Assembly: GCF_001194135.2 (NCBI RefSeq)
Contig: NC_068982.1
Coordinates: 5,748,599 to 5,781,201 of the forward strand
Direction: 5' to 3'
Source: Octopus bimaculoides
Lineage: Eukaryota
Length of the DNA stretch: 32,603 bases
This document shows positions 31,227 through 32,603 of this stretch, piece by piece (the stretch's first letter is position 1; each line of letters starts with the position of its first letter). Position numbers and translations under genes: made by a program. A model generated the notes under the pieces. The model was not told where the DNA came from. It ran no database searches and saw only the letters and a list, made by a program, of their open reading frames with translations.

Positions 31227-32052
31227 GATTATCAAATCTGTAACTGGTTTATTGTCTGCCGACTTCAACAGATTTACTTNNNNNNNNNNNNNNNNNNNNN
31301 NNNNNNNNNNNNNNNNNNNNNNNNNNNNNNNNNNNNNNNNNNNNNNNNNNNNNNNNNNNNNNNNNNNNNNNNNNNNNNNNNNNNNNNNNNNNNNNNNNNN
31401 NNNNNNNNNNNNNNNNNNNNNNNNNNNNNNNNNNNNNNNNNNNNNNNNNNNNNNNNNNNNNNNNNNNNNNNNNNNNNNNNNNNNNNNNNNNNNNNNNNNN
31501 NNNNNNNNNNNNNNNNNNNNNNNNNNNNNNNNNNNNNNNNNNNNNNNNNNNNNNNNNNNNNNNNNNNNNNNNNNNNNNNNNNNNNNNNNNNNNNNNNNNN
31601 NNNNNNNNNNNNNNNNNNNNNNNNNNNNNNNNNNNNNNNNNNNNNNNNNNNNNNNNNNNNNNNNNNNNNNNNNNNNNNNNNNNNNNNNNNNNNNNNNNNN
31701 NNNNNNNNNNNNNNNNNNNNNNNNNNNNNNNNNNNNNNNNNNNNNNNNNNNNNNNNNNNNNNNNNNNNNNNNNNNNNNNNNNNNNNNNNNNNNNNNNNNN
31801 NNNNNNNNNNNNNNNNNNNNNNNNNNNNNNNNNNNNNNNNNNNNNNNNNNNNNNNNNNNNNNNNNNNNNNNNNNNNNNNNNNNNNNNNNNNNNNNNNNNN
31901 NNNNNNNNNNNNNNNNNNNNNNNNNNNNNNNNNNNNNNNNNNNNNNNNNNNNNNNNNNNNNNNNNNNNNNNNNNNNNNNNNNNNNNNNNNNNNNNNNNNG
32001 ATTATCAAATCTGTAACTGGTTTATTGTCTGCCGACTTCAACAGATTTACTT
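31227..32052. other. Identical 53-bp sequence on both sides of a 720-N gap (probable assembly overlap or collapsed tandem repeat)
   Basis: 31227-31279 is identical to 32000-32052 (gattatcaaatctg...cagatttactt). Confidence 0.85.
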
Positions 32053-32603
32053 TACGAATGCCATGTATTTTAAAGTTTGTAAACCACCCATCTCCGTAAT
32101 ACAGACATCTTTGCGTAATTGGTTGGTATTTCCAGTTATCGTCGACACTGACATCGGCGTATTCTCGGATTATTTTTGCACTAAACAACTTAAAATAACA
32201 TTGTGCTTAGTTCGAAAAACTGATTTCTTTTTCTCACATGGCATTCATAATTTTTCCATTCATAATTTTTTCATTCATATTTTTTATTATTACATTTGTA
32301 GAAATAAATAATCTTGTATTTTTCTATTATTCAATTGATCTTTAATTATAATTAAATAAACGTCTTTAGCTTTAAATAGTATAGCTTTAACTATTACACC
32401 GGTTAAACATGTACTAATTTTATCTTCATTATTATTTTAAACTTAAACTTCGTTCAACTTGTATTTAAAACAATGATAATTTAAAGCAATGATAATTTAT
32501 GTAAGATGTTTTTTGTATATAATATACATGTTATTATAATGGGTGAAGGGATGATTATTGAATGGTTATTATTTTGATATTATGATATTTTTAAAATAAT
32601 TTT

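Overview
Eukaryotic, AT-rich, repeat-saturated non-coding DNA with ten N gaps. The repeat landscape is consistent with a coleoid cephalopod (Octopus-like), which is an inference. No host protein-coding gene is supported, and nearly all listed ORFs are microsatellite or N-gap artefacts. The window contains: (1) several tRNA-derived SINE families, including one with an internal microsatellite (S1), a Nin/Deu-like family (S2) occurring as monomers and as a recurrent TSD-flanked dimer, and a tRNA-Arg-like SINE carrying a hammerhead motif; (2) stacks of 5'-truncated restriction-like-endonuclease (R4/Dong-type) LINE ends embedded in (TAA)n and (CATA)n microsatellites; (3) a fossil APE-RT LINE, a Tx1/L1-like endonuclease fragment and a small hAT-type MITE; (4) at least four Penelope-type minimal hammerhead ribozyme motifs in unrelated repeat contexts (6436-6481 +, 20212-20259 -, 29135-29217 -, 29602-29688 +), plus decayed ones. 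The hammerhead-bearing small elements and the microsatellite-targeted RLE-LINE stacks most deserve follow-up. All alignments were done by eye.
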